NCBI GenBank assembly: GCA_038225015.1
Contig: JBBRFB010000001.1
Coordinates: forward strand, 3,487-67,486
DNA length: 64,000 nt
DNA from: Burkholderiales bacterium
Lineage (GTDB): Bacteria; Pseudomonadota; Gammaproteobacteria; Burkholderiales; Burkholderiaceae_C
Direction: 5' to 3'
Both the position numbers and the translations under genes were made by a program. Under the pieces are notes generated by a model that ran no database searches, was not told the DNA's origin, and saw nothing but the letters and a program-made list of their open reading frames with translations. Positions 50,568 to 60,278 of this stretch are shown piece after piece. Each line of letters opens with the position of its first letter. Positions within the stretch are counted from its first letter, which is position 1.

Positions 50568-50858
50568 TCAATCTCCCGAGCGTTCGACGAACTCGACCAG
50601 GGATCGCACGTTCCGCAACGGGCCGTCGGGATCGGTGAGGCACGCTTCCTCTAGCAGGTTGCAGCTGATCGCACGCTGCGACTGCAGCGCCTCCTCGAAC
50701 GCCACGATGAAATTGATGAGACTGAGCGAGTCGAGCGTGCTGCCCTCGCCGAGCAGCGCCGTGTCGGGCGACTTCACGAGTCGGCTGCCAGCGGGAAGTT
50801 GCCGGTTGAGCTCGTCGATGCAGTCGTAGACTAGGGTGAGGGTGTCTTTGTTTGACAT
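50568..50858 (-). CDS. Stand-alone acyl carrier protein
   Basis: 96 aa; LLGEGSTLDSLSLINFIVAFEE phosphopantetheine motif; directly upstream of FkbH. Confidence 0.82.
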   Translation of the reverse strand: MSNKDTLTLVYDCIDELNRQLPAGSRLVKSPDTALLGEGSTLDSLSLINFIVAFEEALQSQRAISCNLLEEACLTDPDGPLRNVRSLVEFVERSGD

Positions 50859-50916
50859 GAAGGTGCGTGGGGTGGTGGCGGAGTCCGCGCGCTCGACGAC
50901 GCGGGGCCCGCCGGAT

Positions 50917-52689
50917 TCAGGCCAGGTCGAACCAGTGGGACAGGGAGATCAGGGCCCGCAGCTCCCGCGTGTGGTTGTGGCGGTGACTGCGATGGTCGTC
51001 GAACAGCGTCCGCATCGCGTCCTCGCGCAGGAGCGGCGTCGCAGCGGACAGCGCAGTGAGCCGTCGCTCGCAGTACTCGCTCTTGGTCGTGCGGAACCAG
51101 TCGCCCACCGGCACCGTGAACATCTGCTTCTTGCGATAGGCCAGCGTGTCGCCGATCAGTGGCGTGACGGCCTTCTTGTAGAGGTACTTGGTGACGCCGT
51201 CGCGCAGCTTCAGGTCGCCCGGCATGCGAAAGGCGAACTCCATCATCCGATAGTCGAGAAAGGGCGTGCGTGCTTCGAGCGAGACAGCCATGCCCATGCG
51301 ATCGGGCTTGACGAGGTTGTTGCCGCAAAGGAGCAACTGCATGTCGAGATAGAGCGCCTGGTTGATACGGTCCTGGTGCGGGACGGCTTCGAAATACGGT
51401 CTGGCGACCTCGAAGGAATCGATGCCACCGACGCGAGCGGCGAGCGGCTCGGTGTAGAGGTCGCGCTTGGCCGGCGCCGCGAACAGCGAGACGCTGTCGA
51501 AGTAGGCGCGCTGGAACGATCGGTCGTCGAGGTCGGCGACGCCCGGGCGGGCAAAGAAATCCCGGTGCTTGTCGTAGCCGGCGAACAGCTCGTCGCCGCC
51601 GTCGCCGGTGAGCACGACCTTCACGTCCCTGACCGCCAGTTCCGAGACACGATAGGTCGGCAGGAACGAGATGTCGCCGTGCGGCTGGTCGCAATGGTAG
51701 GTCGCCAGCGGCCAGAGCGCGAGCATGTCGGGGTCGACGCGTTCCATCACGTGCCGGGTCGCGAAGCGGTCGGCTGCCGCCTGTGCGAAGCCCGATTCGT
51801 CATAGCGGGGATCGTGAAAGCCGATGCAGAAGGTCTTCACCGGCTCGTCCATGTGCCGGGCCATCATGCCGACGACCGTGCTCGAGTCGACGCCGCCCGA
51901 CAAGAAGGCGCCGAAGGGCACGTCGGAGCGCAGGCGCAGACGGACGGCGTCATCGAGGATGGCGTTGAATTCCTCGATCCAGTCGGCCTCGCTGCGTCCA
52001 TGCACGGGCTCGATATCGGCGAGGTTCCACCAGCGCGAGACGCTGCTGCCGCCCCGCCGCGAGATCTGCATCACGTGCCCCGGCATGAGGTGGCGAACGC
52101 CTTCGTAGAGCGTGTGCGGCGCCGGGACATAGTTGAAGGTGAGGTAGTGATGTAGCGCCTCGAGATCGGTCGCGGGGCGCCGGGCGTCCGCCTTCAGAAG
52201 CGACTTGATCTCCGAGGCGAAGACGAGGCGCTGGCCATCGTCCTGGACATAGAGGGGCTTGACGCCGATCCGGTCGCGCGCGAGAAGAAGCGTGTCCTGG
52301 CGGCCGTCGTAGATCGCGATCGCGAACATGCCGTTCAGACGGTGCAGAAAGCCGATGCCCTCGGTTTCGTACAGCCGCAGCAGGACCTCGGTGTCGGAGT
52401 GCGTCCTGCAGGCGATGCCACGCCTGGAGAGCTCGATCGCCAGCTCGACGTGATTGAAGATCTCGCCGTTCTGCACGAGGACGATCTGGCCGTCGTCGGA
52501 GACGAATGGCTGATGCCCGCCCTTCACGTCGATGATCGAGAGCCGCTGGTTGCCGAGGGCCGCGCCCGGTTTCGACCAGACGCCACGATCGTCGGGGCCA
52601 CGATGGCGGATCGCCTCGCCCATCGCGGCGAGCGTCGGCTCGCCGAGCGAGTCGCCGCGGCGGTCGAAGTAGCCGAATATGCCGCACAT
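50917..52689 (-). CDS. Asparagine synthase-like glutamine amidotransferase (glycan amidation, WbpS/WbqG-like)
   Basis: N-terminal MCGIFG (Ntn Cys), HRGPD, RLSIID, NGEIFN, FLSGGVDSS, LTGDGGDELFAGY, EARTPFLD. Confidence 0.92.
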   Translation of the reverse strand: MCGIFGYFDRRGDSLGEPTLAAMGEAIRHRGPDDRGVWSKPGAALGNQRLSIIDVKGGHQPFVSDDGQIVLVQNGEIFNHVELAIELSRRGIACRTHSDTEVLLRLYETEGIGFLHRLNGMFAIAIYDGRQDTLLLARDRIGVKPLYVQDDGQRLVFASEIKSLLKADARRPATDLEALHHYLTFNYVPAPHTLYEGVRHLMPGHVMQISRRGGSSVSRWWNLADIEPVHGRSEADWIEEFNAILDDAVRLRLRSDVPFGAFLSGGVDSSTVVGMMARHMDEPVKTFCIGFHDPRYDESGFAQAAADRFATRHVMERVDPDMLALWPLATYHCDQPHGDISFLPTYRVSELAVRDVKVVLTGDGGDELFAGYDKHRDFFARPGVADLDDRSFQRAYFDSVSLFAAPAKRDLYTEPLAARVGGIDSFEVARPYFEAVPHQDRINQALYLDMQLLLCGNNLVKPDRMGMAVSLEARTPFLDYRMMEFAFRMPGDLKLRDGVTKYLYKKAVTPLIGDTLAYRKKQMFTVPVGDWFRTTKSEYCERRLTALSAATPLLREDAMRTLFDDHRSHRHNHTRELRALISLSHWFDLA

Positions 52690-52690
52690 G

Positions 52691-53245
52691 TCAGTTGCCG
52701 CCTCTGCCGAAGATCTGCCTGAACGTCAGGCCGATGATGTGCAGGTCGAGCCAGGTGCCCGCTTCGCGCGCGTACTGCAGGTCCAGGCGCTTGCGCTCGT
52801 CCGGCGTGGCCTCGGAGCGCAGGGTCGCCTGCGCCAGCCCGGTGATTCCCGGGCGGACGCGATGGCGCAGCGTCCATTCGGATTCATCGTAGAGCGGGCG
52901 CTGCGCAGGCACGTCGGGGCGCGGGCCGACGATGCTCATGTCGCCGCTGAAGACGTTGAGGATCTGCGGCAGCTCGTCCAGGCTGGTTCGCCGGATGAAC
53001 CGTCCAACCGGCGTGATGCGCGGGTCGTCTGCTGCGGTGGAGTGTCCACCCCGGGCCGGCGCGTCGATCACCATGCTGCGGAATTTCAACATGACGAAAT
53101 GGCGCCCCCCCAGCCCCACTCTCGTCTGCCTGAAGAAGATCGGGCCGCCGTCGGCGAAACGGACCGCAGCGGCGACGGCGACGAGCACCGGTGACATCAG
53201 AACGAGGGCGATGGTGGCGAACACAATGTCGAGAAATCGTTTCAT
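52691..53245 (-). CDS. Small monotopic phosphoglycosyl transferase (PglC-like)
   Basis: KRFLDI, FRQTRVG, KFRSM, SLDELPQ, GDMSIVGPRP, PGITGLAQ. Confidence 0.92.
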   Translation of the reverse strand: MKRFLDIVFATIALVLMSPVLVAVAAAVRFADGGPIFFRQTRVGLGGRHFVMLKFRSMVIDAPARGGHSTAADDPRITPVGRFIRRTSLDELPQILNVFSGDMSIVGPRPDVPAQRPLYDESEWTLRHRVRPGITGLAQATLRSEATPDERKRLDLQYAREAGTWLDLHIIGLTFRQIFGRGGN

Positions 53246-54723
53246 CAGGCGTCGCCCCGTCGGGAGAGGGGGCCTGCGGTGCTTTCCCGAAGCAGCCAGG
53301 TCGCAGCGGCGGCGAACACGGCGACTGCCAGCGCGAGCCGCCACCAGACATTATCGACGGCGAAGAACCGGGCAATCGCGGCAGCCGCCAAGGTCACGAC
53401 CCCGACGGCGGCCACCTGGGCGGCGATTTTAGGGCTTAGCCACCCCCCCTTTCCCCAGCTCGGCAGGCCGCTCGCGCGAAGAAGCAGTGCCGCGTGCGAC
53501 ATCTGGAACACGACGACCGCTGCCATCAGCCAGCGCTCGGCACCCATCGCCAGGCCGGGGGCGGCGAGTATTGGAAGCAGCAGGACCGCCCAGCCGGTGG
53601 CGCGCAGCACCGTAGCGCTCCGGCCCTGAGCGTTCAGCGCCGCCGCGGCGATGACGCTGAGCGCCAGGAAGGGGATCCCGGCGAGCGCGATCCGCGCCAG
53701 CGCGGTGACGCGCTCGACCGCCTGCGCCCCCATCTGGCCGCGCAACAACAGCGCTGTGACAGCGGCATCGGCGAAAGCGATAGACGGCAAGGCGACGCTG
53801 ACGGCGAGAAGGAAGGTGCGCTGCAGCGACAAGGTCGTCTGCTGTCGCATCGCCGCGCCGTCACCAAGGGCATGAGCCTCGCTCAACCGGGTCAGCGCCA
53901 CCGTCCCGGCGGCGCTGATCAGGATTCCCACCGGCAGCTCGACGAGCTTCGTCGCGTAGTTGAAGCTCGCGATCGCCCCGGAACCGGTGAGCGACGCCAT
54001 CGCGCGCACTGCGACGGGAACGAGAAGCATGAGCGAGGCGGCGGCGGTGGCGGCAACGAACGAGTGCACGAATTGCCGGTCGATCGGCCCGCTCGACGCG
54101 CCGATCGACCAATCGGCCCGCGGCACTGCCGCCAGCTGCGAGACGAGCCGCACGACGGCGCCGGAGGCGATGCCGACCCCGAGCGCGAGCGGCAGATCAA
54201 GACGCGGCGACGCGAGGACCAGGCTGGCGACGATGCACAGGTTGAAGACGAGCGTGCCGCAACCGGCGACGAAGAATCGGTGGTGCGCGTTCAGATGAGC
54301 CGACGTGACGCCGGCTGCCGCGGTGAGCGGCATGGCCAACGCCACTGCGGCCAGCGCGAAGCGGTGGTCCGAGAGGTCGGTGCCGGCCAGCCCCGGCGCG
54401 AGGATGGAGAACACGCCCGCCGGCCAGGCGACGATGGCCACGGCCGCCAGGCTGAAGGCGATCGTCGCCAGGCCGAGCGTGCGCCTGAAGAGGGCTGCCG
54501 CCTCTGGCGCGGGCAGACCGCGCAGGCGCGGCACCAGGGCAGCGCCGAGGCCACCCGAGAGCAGGAGGTTGACCAGCAGGTCAGGCAGCGTCAGCAGGAG
54601 GACTGCCAGGTCGGCCAGCGCCGATACGCCGAAGCTCGCGGCGAGCTGCATCTCGCGCAGCAGGCCGGTGAGCCGGCCGGCGGCGAGGGTCAGGCTCAGC
54701 AGAAGACCGGCGCCAAGCAGCAT
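53245..54723 (-). CDS. MurJ/MviN-like lipid-linked oligosaccharide flippase
   Basis: GRLTGLLRE..AASFG..AD...LPD...GGLGAALVP, FNYATKLVELP, many TM segments. Alternative GTG start at 54753. Confidence 0.8.
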   Translation of the reverse strand: MLLGAGLLLSLTLAAGRLTGLLREMQLAASFGVSALADLAVLLLTLPDLLVNLLLSGGLGAALVPRLRGLPAPEAAALFRRTLGLATIAFSLAAVAIVAWPAGVFSILAPGLAGTDLSDHRFALAAVALAMPLTAAAGVTSAHLNAHHRFFVAGCGTLVFNLCIVASLVLASPRLDLPLALGVGIASGAVVRLVSQLAAVPRADWSIGASSGPIDRQFVHSFVAATAAASLMLLVPVAVRAMASLTGSGAIASFNYATKLVELPVGILISAAGTVALTRLSEAHALGDGAAMRQQTTLSLQRTFLLAVSVALPSIAFADAAVTALLLRGQMGAQAVERVTALARIALAGIPFLALSVIAAAALNAQGRSATVLRATGWAVLLLPILAAPGLAMGAERWLMAAVVVFQMSHAALLLRASGLPSWGKGGWLSPKIAAQVAAVGVVTLAAAAIARFFAVDNVWWRLALAVAVFAAAATWLLRESTAGPLSRRGDA

Positions 54724-54745
54724 CCGGCCGCGGCCCCCGCCGGCC

Positions 54746-55603
54746 TCAGCCACGACCCGGCCCGACTCGCTCTTCTTCCTGGCCCGGGCCGTCGACGATG
54801 CCGCGGACACGGCGTCGGACCTCTTCGTGAAGCGCCATGAGCTCGCCGCTCGAGGCCGCGCAGTGCGTCTCATACGCCGCGCGAAGACTGCGGATTTCGG
54901 CGGCGAAATCCATCTGCGCCTCGATCGCTGCCACGGTAAGTGCCCGGCGATGGAAAGTGCGCGACAGGATCGCTGCCGTCGAGCCGAGTCGCGCATGCTC
55001 GGCCAGCAACAGCTCGGCCGGCAAGAGGCCTTCGCCGGTGCGCGCGACCCCGCCGATGCCGAACGGAACGTCGTGCTCGCGCAGCGTCGCCGCCATGGGG
55101 TCGACCAGGCCCTCGGTGAGCGGCTCGAACATGAATCGTCGCCCGAGCTCGAGATGGAGGTCGTTCAGGCCGATGTGTGCCTCGTCGACGCCGGGCACCG
55201 AGAGGCATTCGTCGAGCGAGCGCATCGCGTCGACCGTCTCGATCAGAAGGCACGTCCTCGCCCGGCCGGCGACCGCCCGCGTGAACACCTCGACATCGCG
55301 CGGGCCGCGAAACATGGGCAGCATGACGATGTCGGCGCCACCGGCGACGACACGTTCGACCTCGGCGTCAGTCGCCTCATGCACGGGATTGATGCGGACG
55401 AGCAAGCCGCCCGCGGGAACATGCGGCCTGAGCAGCGCGACGTCTTCGGGCCGATGTCGGCTGACGACCGTGTCGAGATGTCCCTGGCGAGCCTCCTTGC
55501 CGTGGATTTCGAGGTCGAGAAAGATGCGGTCGACCCCGCGCTCTGCAGCGAACGCGGCGACCGCAGGGTCGCTCGTGATGAAGAGAAAACGAATCGTGGG
55601 CAT
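54746..55603 (-). CDS. HpcH/HpaI aldolase / citrate lyase family protein
   Basis: GVDRIFLDLE, LLVRINP, IVMLPMF, LLIET, HIGLNDLH. Confidence 0.8.
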   Translation of the reverse strand: MPTIRFLFITSDPAVAAFAAERGVDRIFLDLEIHGKEARQGHLDTVVSRHRPEDVALLRPHVPAGGLLVRINPVHEATDAEVERVVAGGADIVMLPMFRGPRDVEVFTRAVAGRARTCLLIETVDAMRSLDECLSVPGVDEAHIGLNDLHLELGRRFMFEPLTEGLVDPMAATLREHDVPFGIGGVARTGEGLLPAELLLAEHARLGSTAAILSRTFHRRALTVAAIEAQMDFAAEIRSLRAAYETHCAASSGELMALHEEVRRRVRGIVDGPGQEEERVGPGRG

Positions 55604-55701
55604 GGGCGACCGGTCAGGTACGGTGGAGCCGGCGGCTGCGTGGCAAGGCGCGCGGCCCGGGCAGCGCCGGGCAACTCGAAAAGGCTACCACGCGCGCCAC
55701 A

Positions 55702-57117
55702 TCACAGGACGCCCCTGAGCTCGCTCTCGCCGGGTACCGTGAGCACGAGCAGGCCCGACTCCTTCGCCACCGCCAGCGCCTCGTCGCGCTGCTCCGGCGT
55801 GGCGTCGGGCATCGCCAGGATGACGTGCGTGGCGCCTTCGCGGATGTGCGGCAGCGCCAGGTCGGCCAGGGTGCCGAGCACGCTGATGCCGCCGATGCGC
55901 AGTCCCTGCCGCGACGGATCGTCGTCGAGCATGCCGAGGACTGACCATCCTTCGCGCAGATGGACGCCGGCGACGAGCCGGCGCGCCGCCTCGCCAGCGC
56001 CGAGGACGATGGCGCGGCGCGGCTCGCCCTCTGCGCCGTTGACGCGCGCCCGGGCGTCCTCCCAAAGCATGCGATAGATCATTCGGGCCATGCTGAGCGC
56101 GGCGATGCAAAAGAGCGGGTGCAGCAGCAGCACGGCGCGCGCAACGCCGGTAAGCTGGGCCATCGACACAACGGCGGCGCTGAGCAGGCCGGCAAACAGG
56201 CAGGCCGTCGTGACCCGCTTCAGGTCGTCGAAGCCGAAGAAGCGCCAGACCGACCGACGGACCCCCGCCAAAGAGAGGCACACGAGGTAGGCTGCGACGA
56301 CGCCGATCGAAACCGCGTCGTCGTACCAGGGCCGCCCAGGCTGCCAGCCTTCGAAGCCGAGACGGAAGAGATAGGTCGCCTGCCAGCATGCCAGCACGAT
56401 CAAACCGTCGGCGAGCATCGCGAGCCATCGTCGCGACGGGCGATGGGCAGCCATGCTGGCGTCTAGCCAGGCCCAGAGTCTGCTGTGGTTCATGGCGCGA
56501 GGCCCCCTGCCCAGGAACAGTGTCGGAACGAATATCGTGCGCAGGGTGAGGCCGAGGACGCGCAGGTCCCCGGCCACCGAGGCATGCTCGACGTAGTGCA
56601 TCGCATAGCGCAGCTTGGCCGGCAGGATCAGGTCGACGTAGGCCTGCTCGGGGTCGATGGCGCGCGCGAGGATTCCGTTCTCGTCGTGATAGCGCAGCGA
56701 CGCCAGATCCGTGATGCCCGGACGCACGCTCAGCACGCGCTCACGCGTTGGCGCCGGATAGTGGGCGACGAACTGCGGCACTTCCGGCCGCGGGCCGACC
56801 AGGCTCATCGTGCCGCGCAGGACATCGATCAGCTGTGGAAGCTCGTCGAGCTTGGTCCGGCGTAGCCAGGCGCCGACGCGCGTGATCCGAGCGTCGCCGG
56901 CAACGGTAAGTGGCGACCCCTCGGTGGCGCGGCCGTGGCTCATCGTTCGGAACTTGAAGATTCGAAAGAGCCGGCCGTGTCGCCCGACGCGCTCCTGGCG
57001 AAAGAACACCGGACCCGCGGATTCGCTTCTTATGGCGATGGCAACCATGACCAAGAGCGGCGACAGAAGGACGAGGCCGATCGTCGACACCAGCAGATCG
57101 AGGGCCCGCTTGAGCAT
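55702..57117 (-). CDS. Phosphoglycosyl transferase fused to the N-terminal (TM + Rossmann-like) part of a CapD/PglF protein
   Basis: MLKRALD, KFRTM, KLDELPQ, MSLVGPRP, PGITD; then in frame TM helices, SVWRFFGFDDL, IVLGAGEAA, MLDDDP, ILAMP. Stops without the CapD catalytic domain. Confidence 0.8.
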   Translation of the reverse strand: MLKRALDLLVSTIGLVLLSPLLVMVAIAIRSESAGPVFFRQERVGRHGRLFRIFKFRTMSHGRATEGSPLTVAGDARITRVGAWLRRTKLDELPQLIDVLRGTMSLVGPRPEVPQFVAHYPAPTRERVLSVRPGITDLASLRYHDENGILARAIDPEQAYVDLILPAKLRYAMHYVEHASVAGDLRVLGLTLRTIFVPTLFLGRGPRAMNHSRLWAWLDASMAAHRPSRRWLAMLADGLIVLACWQATYLFRLGFEGWQPGRPWYDDAVSIGVVAAYLVCLSLAGVRRSVWRFFGFDDLKRVTTACLFAGLLSAAVVSMAQLTGVARAVLLLHPLFCIAALSMARMIYRMLWEDARARVNGAEGEPRRAIVLGAGEAARRLVAGVHLREGWSVLGMLDDDPSRQGLRIGGISVLGTLADLALPHIREGATHVILAMPDATPEQRDEALAVAKESGLLVLTVPGESELRGVL

Positions 57118-57119
57118 CC

Positions 57120-58295
57120 TTATCCGCCGAGGGCGATCCTGGCCGCGGCGGCCACGCGAGCGACGTCGGCCGGCTCCATCTTCGAGTACATCGGCAGGCT
57201 GACCAGCCGCTCGTACGCGTGCTGGCTGTGCGGAAAGGCAGCGGCATCGAGCTGGTAGCGGTCGCGCCAGTACGGCTGCAGGTGCAGCGGGATGTAGTGC
57301 ACGCTGCAGCCGATGCCCTGGGCGAACAGGGAGTCGATGAACGCGTCGCGCGACACCCCGGCCTCGTCGGCGAGACGCACCACATAGAGGTGCCATGAAT
57401 GGAGCTCGCCCGGCGGCGCCGGCGGCGGCAGCACGAGCGGCAGCCCGGCCAGGGCGACGTCGTACTGCGACGCCACGCCCTGGCGCCGGCGCTGGAACTC
57501 GCGCGCCCGGCGCAATTGGTGGATGCCGATCGCCGCGGCGATGTCGGTCAGGTTGTACTTGAACCCGGGCGCGACGATCTCGTAGTACCAGCTCGGCACT
57601 TTCGCCGTGAAGCGATCGAAGGCGTCGCGGCTCATGCCGTGCAGCCGCATCGTGCGCATGCGCGCCGCCAATGCCGGATTGCGGGTCACGACCATGCCGC
57701 CCTCGCCAGTGGTGATGGTCTTGTTGGCGTAGAAGCTGAACACGGCCGCGTCGGAGCCCAGGGTTCCGATCAGCATGCCGCCGCAGGTGGCGGGCAAGGC
57801 GTGGGCCGCGTCTTCGACGACTCCCAGGCCATGCCGGGCCGCGATCGAGAGGATCGCCGGCATGTCGGCGGCCAGCCCACCGTAGTGCACCGGGATGATC
57901 GCGCGCGTCTTCGGGCCGACCGCCTGCTCGACCGCGTTCGGGTCGATGCACAGCGTCTTCGGGTCGATGTCGACCAGCTTCACGTCGGCGCCAAGATAGC
58001 GTACGACCTCGGCAGTCGCGGTGAAGGTATGGGTCGTGGTGATGACCTCGTCACCCGGGCCGACGCCAAGGGCCTCTAGGGCAAGATGCAGCCCGGCCGT
58101 GGCCGAATTGACCGCGAGCGAGTGCAGGGTCGGTTCGCCGAGAAAGGCGCTGAAGTCTTCCTCGAAGCGGCGCACCTTAGGCCCGGTCGTGATCCAGCCC
58201 GATCGCAGCGTGTCGACGACTTCGGCGATCTCATCCTCGCCGATGTCGGGAAGCGCGAAGGGCAGGAAGGGCAGGAAGGGCTGGGAAGCATCCAT
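57120..58295 (-). CDS. DegT/DnrJ/EryC1/StrS aminotransferase
   Basis: [55 protein letters not shown]. Confidence 0.93.
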   Translation of the reverse strand: MDASQPFLPFLPFALPDIGEDEIAEVVDTLRSGWITTGPKVRRFEEDFSAFLGEPTLHSLAVNSATAGLHLALEALGVGPGDEVITTTHTFTATAEVVRYLGADVKLVDIDPKTLCIDPNAVEQAVGPKTRAIIPVHYGGLAADMPAILSIAARHGLGVVEDAAHALPATCGGMLIGTLGSDAAVFSFYANKTITTGEGGMVVTRNPALAARMRTMRLHGMSRDAFDRFTAKVPSWYYEIVAPGFKYNLTDIAAAIGIHQLRRAREFQRRRQGVASQYDVALAGLPLVLPPPAPPGELHSWHLYVVRLADEAGVSRDAFIDSLFAQGIGCSVHYIPLHLQPYWRDRYQLDAAAFPHSQHAYERLVSLPMYSKMEPADVARVAAAARIALGG

Positions 58296-58299
58296 GGCG

Positions 58300-59040
58300 T
58301 CAGGCCGGCTTGGCGAGCCAGCCAAGCACGTGCGTGCGCAGCGGCGAGAAGAAGTTGAAGGCAGTGTAGAGCGAGGGGTGCAGGCGGCAGACGGCGCGTG
58401 CGATCGGCGGCGCGAGCGTGATCCGGCGTGCTTCGATGCGGGCTTCGGGGAAGAGCGCCCGGATGCGCGCGACCGGCACGCCGCGCACGTCGGGGTTGGC
58501 CGGGTTGTCGACGGTGAAGTCGTACCAGAGGACGCAGCCGCCCGGGCTGACCCAGCGCCACAAGGCCGCCGCGAGGCGGGCCTGGAAGGCGTCGTCGAGC
58601 AGCGAAGAGAAGACGCTGGCGACGAGCACCGCGTCGCAGGACGCTTCGCCGAGATCGAGCACCGAAGCGTCGCCCTGGTGCAATGCGAGTGCCGGCGGCA
58701 GCAGACGGCGCGCGGCCTCGTGGCGTTCCGGCAGCAGCTCGATGCCGACCAGCCGTTCGGGCGCGAAGCCGAGGCGCAGCATCTCGAGCAGATTGGCGCC
58801 GCTGCCGCTGCCGACCTCGACCAGGCGCCGCGACGACAGGTCGCGCCAGCCGTGACGAGCGAAGAGGTCGAGCAGCGCCCGCTCGCGCTCCTGGGCGGCC
58901 TGCCAGACGTCGGGGTTGAGGAGGCTGTAGCGATCGGTGCCGCTGCGCCGTGCGTAGCGCTCGGCGATGGCCATCGGCTCCCGCTCGGCGCGATCGTCGA
59001 CCGAGTGCGGATCCGGGTCGTGGTCGCCAGCGCCGCTCAT
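58300..59040 (-). CDS. Class I SAM-dependent methyltransferase
   Basis: [49 protein letters not shown]. Confidence 0.82.
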   Translation of the reverse strand: MSGAGDHDPDPHSVDDRAEREPMAIAERYARRSGTDRYSLLNPDVWQAAQERERALLDLFARHGWRDLSSRRLVEVGSGSGANLLEMLRLGFAPERLVGIELLPERHEAARRLLPPALALHQGDASVLDLGEASCDAVLVASVFSSLLDDAFQARLAAALWRWVSPGGCVLWYDFTVDNPANPDVRGVPVARIRALFPEARIEARRITLAPPIARAVCRLHPSLYTAFNFFSPLRTHVLGWLAKPA

Positions 59041-60278
59041 CGGGCGTGGGGCGCCGACATGGCGTCGACGAAGCGACGCGCCAACGCCGGGTAGGTGTGA
59101 TGCGCGAGGACGAAAGCACGGCCGCGTTCTCCCAGCGCCGAACGCTCGTCGGGCGCCATCTTCGCCAGACGACGCAGGCCATCGGCGATGGCCGCAGGGT
59201 CTTCGGGCGCCACGCTCAGGCCGCAGCCCGACTCCGCCACCGGGTCGTTGCCGGCCTCGACCGAATGCAGCACGGCGCAGCCGGCCATCATGTAGTCCAT
59301 CAGCTTGTTCGGGGCAATGCCGAACCGGTAGATCGGCACCTTGCGCCAGCCGATGTAGGCGATATCGATGGCGCGGAGCAGGGTCGGGATGCTTTTCTTG
59401 TCGATCGGTGCGAAGAAGCGCACACGGTCGAGGCGCTGTCGGGCGGCGCGCGCCTGGAGCGCCTCCTTCTCGTGGCCGTCGCCGACCAGGACGAAGTCGA
59501 TCGGCTCGTCGCGCACCAGCCGGGCGGCGTCGAGCAGGACGTCGAGCGCGTTCGGCAGCCCGTGCGAGCCGGCGAACGCGACCACCGCGCGGCCGGCCGC
59601 GTGCGATGCGGCGATGGCCTGCTCGAGCGCTGGAGGCAAAGGCCCGGCCTCGCCCTGCCACTCCTCGGTGGTCACGCCGTTCGGCACGATGGCGAGCTTG
59701 CGAAGATCGAGCCCGTGCGCTCGCATGTGGTCGGCAACGTTGGGCAGCATCGAGACGACGACGTCGGCATCGCGGTAGGCGTCGTTCTCGGCCTTCTGGC
59801 AGGCGACGATGAACGGGTGCCGCGGCGACATGCCGCCGAGTTCGACGGGCGAGGCGGGCCAGAGGTCGTGCACTTCGTAGACCAGCGTCGCGCCGGCGAG
59901 CCGGGCGATGCGGCGCGCCACCCAGATGTCGAAGGGATAGGTGCTCGACGCGATCACGACGTCGGGGCGGACGCGCTCGATCAGCATCCGCGTCTCGCCG
60001 CGCAGGCGGCGCAGGAACGCCCAGATGTTGCGCACCCGGCCGATGCCGTTGCCCCGGTACGAAGGCGTCGGCAGCCAGCGGTAGGCGACGCCGTCGATGA
60101 CCTCGTCGACCGGCTGGCTGCCCACCTCCGGTTGCCGGCTTCGCGCGTGCGAGAAGGAGGCGGCGACGATCTGCACGCGATGCCCCGCCCGCACCCATTC
60201 GCGCGCCAGGTAGTACGGCCGGTATTCCATGCCGTGGCGGGTCGAGCCGGCGTAGTGGTTGACGAGAAGGATGTTCAT
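59037..60278 (-). CDS. GT4 glycosyltransferase (WbuB-like)
   Basis: MNILLVNHYAGS, YEVHDLWP, VPNG, FAGSHGLPNAL, PNKLMDYM. Confidence 0.9.
   Translation of the reverse strand: MNILLVNHYAGSTRHGMEYRPYYLAREWVRAGHRVQIVAASFSHARSRQPEVGSQPVDEVIDGVAYRWLPTPSYRGNGIGRVRNIWAFLRRLRGETRMLIERVRPDVVIASSTYPFDIWVARRIARLAGATLVYEVHDLWPASPVELGGMSPRHPFIVACQKAENDAYRDADVVVSMLPNVADHMRAHGLDLRKLAIVPNGVTTEEWQGEAGPLPPALEQAIAASHAAGRAVVAFAGSHGLPNALDVLLDAARLVRDEPIDFVLVGDGHEKEALQARAARQRLDRVRFFAPIDKKSIPTLLRAIDIAYIGWRKVPIYRFGIAPNKLMDYMMAGCAVLHSVEAGNDPVAESGCGLSVAPEDPAAIADGLRRLAKMAPDERSALGERGRAFVLAHHTYPALARRFVDAMSAPHAR

Noticed and set aside
44702-52689. PKS/NRPS secondary-metabolite cluster
   Set aside because: No KS, AT, adenylation or condensation domains; the ACP/FkbH genes are embedded in a glycan operon.
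58255-58280. Short 9-bp tandem repeat encoding PFLPFLPF
   Set aside because: About 2.5 in-frame copies; too short to suggest phase variation.
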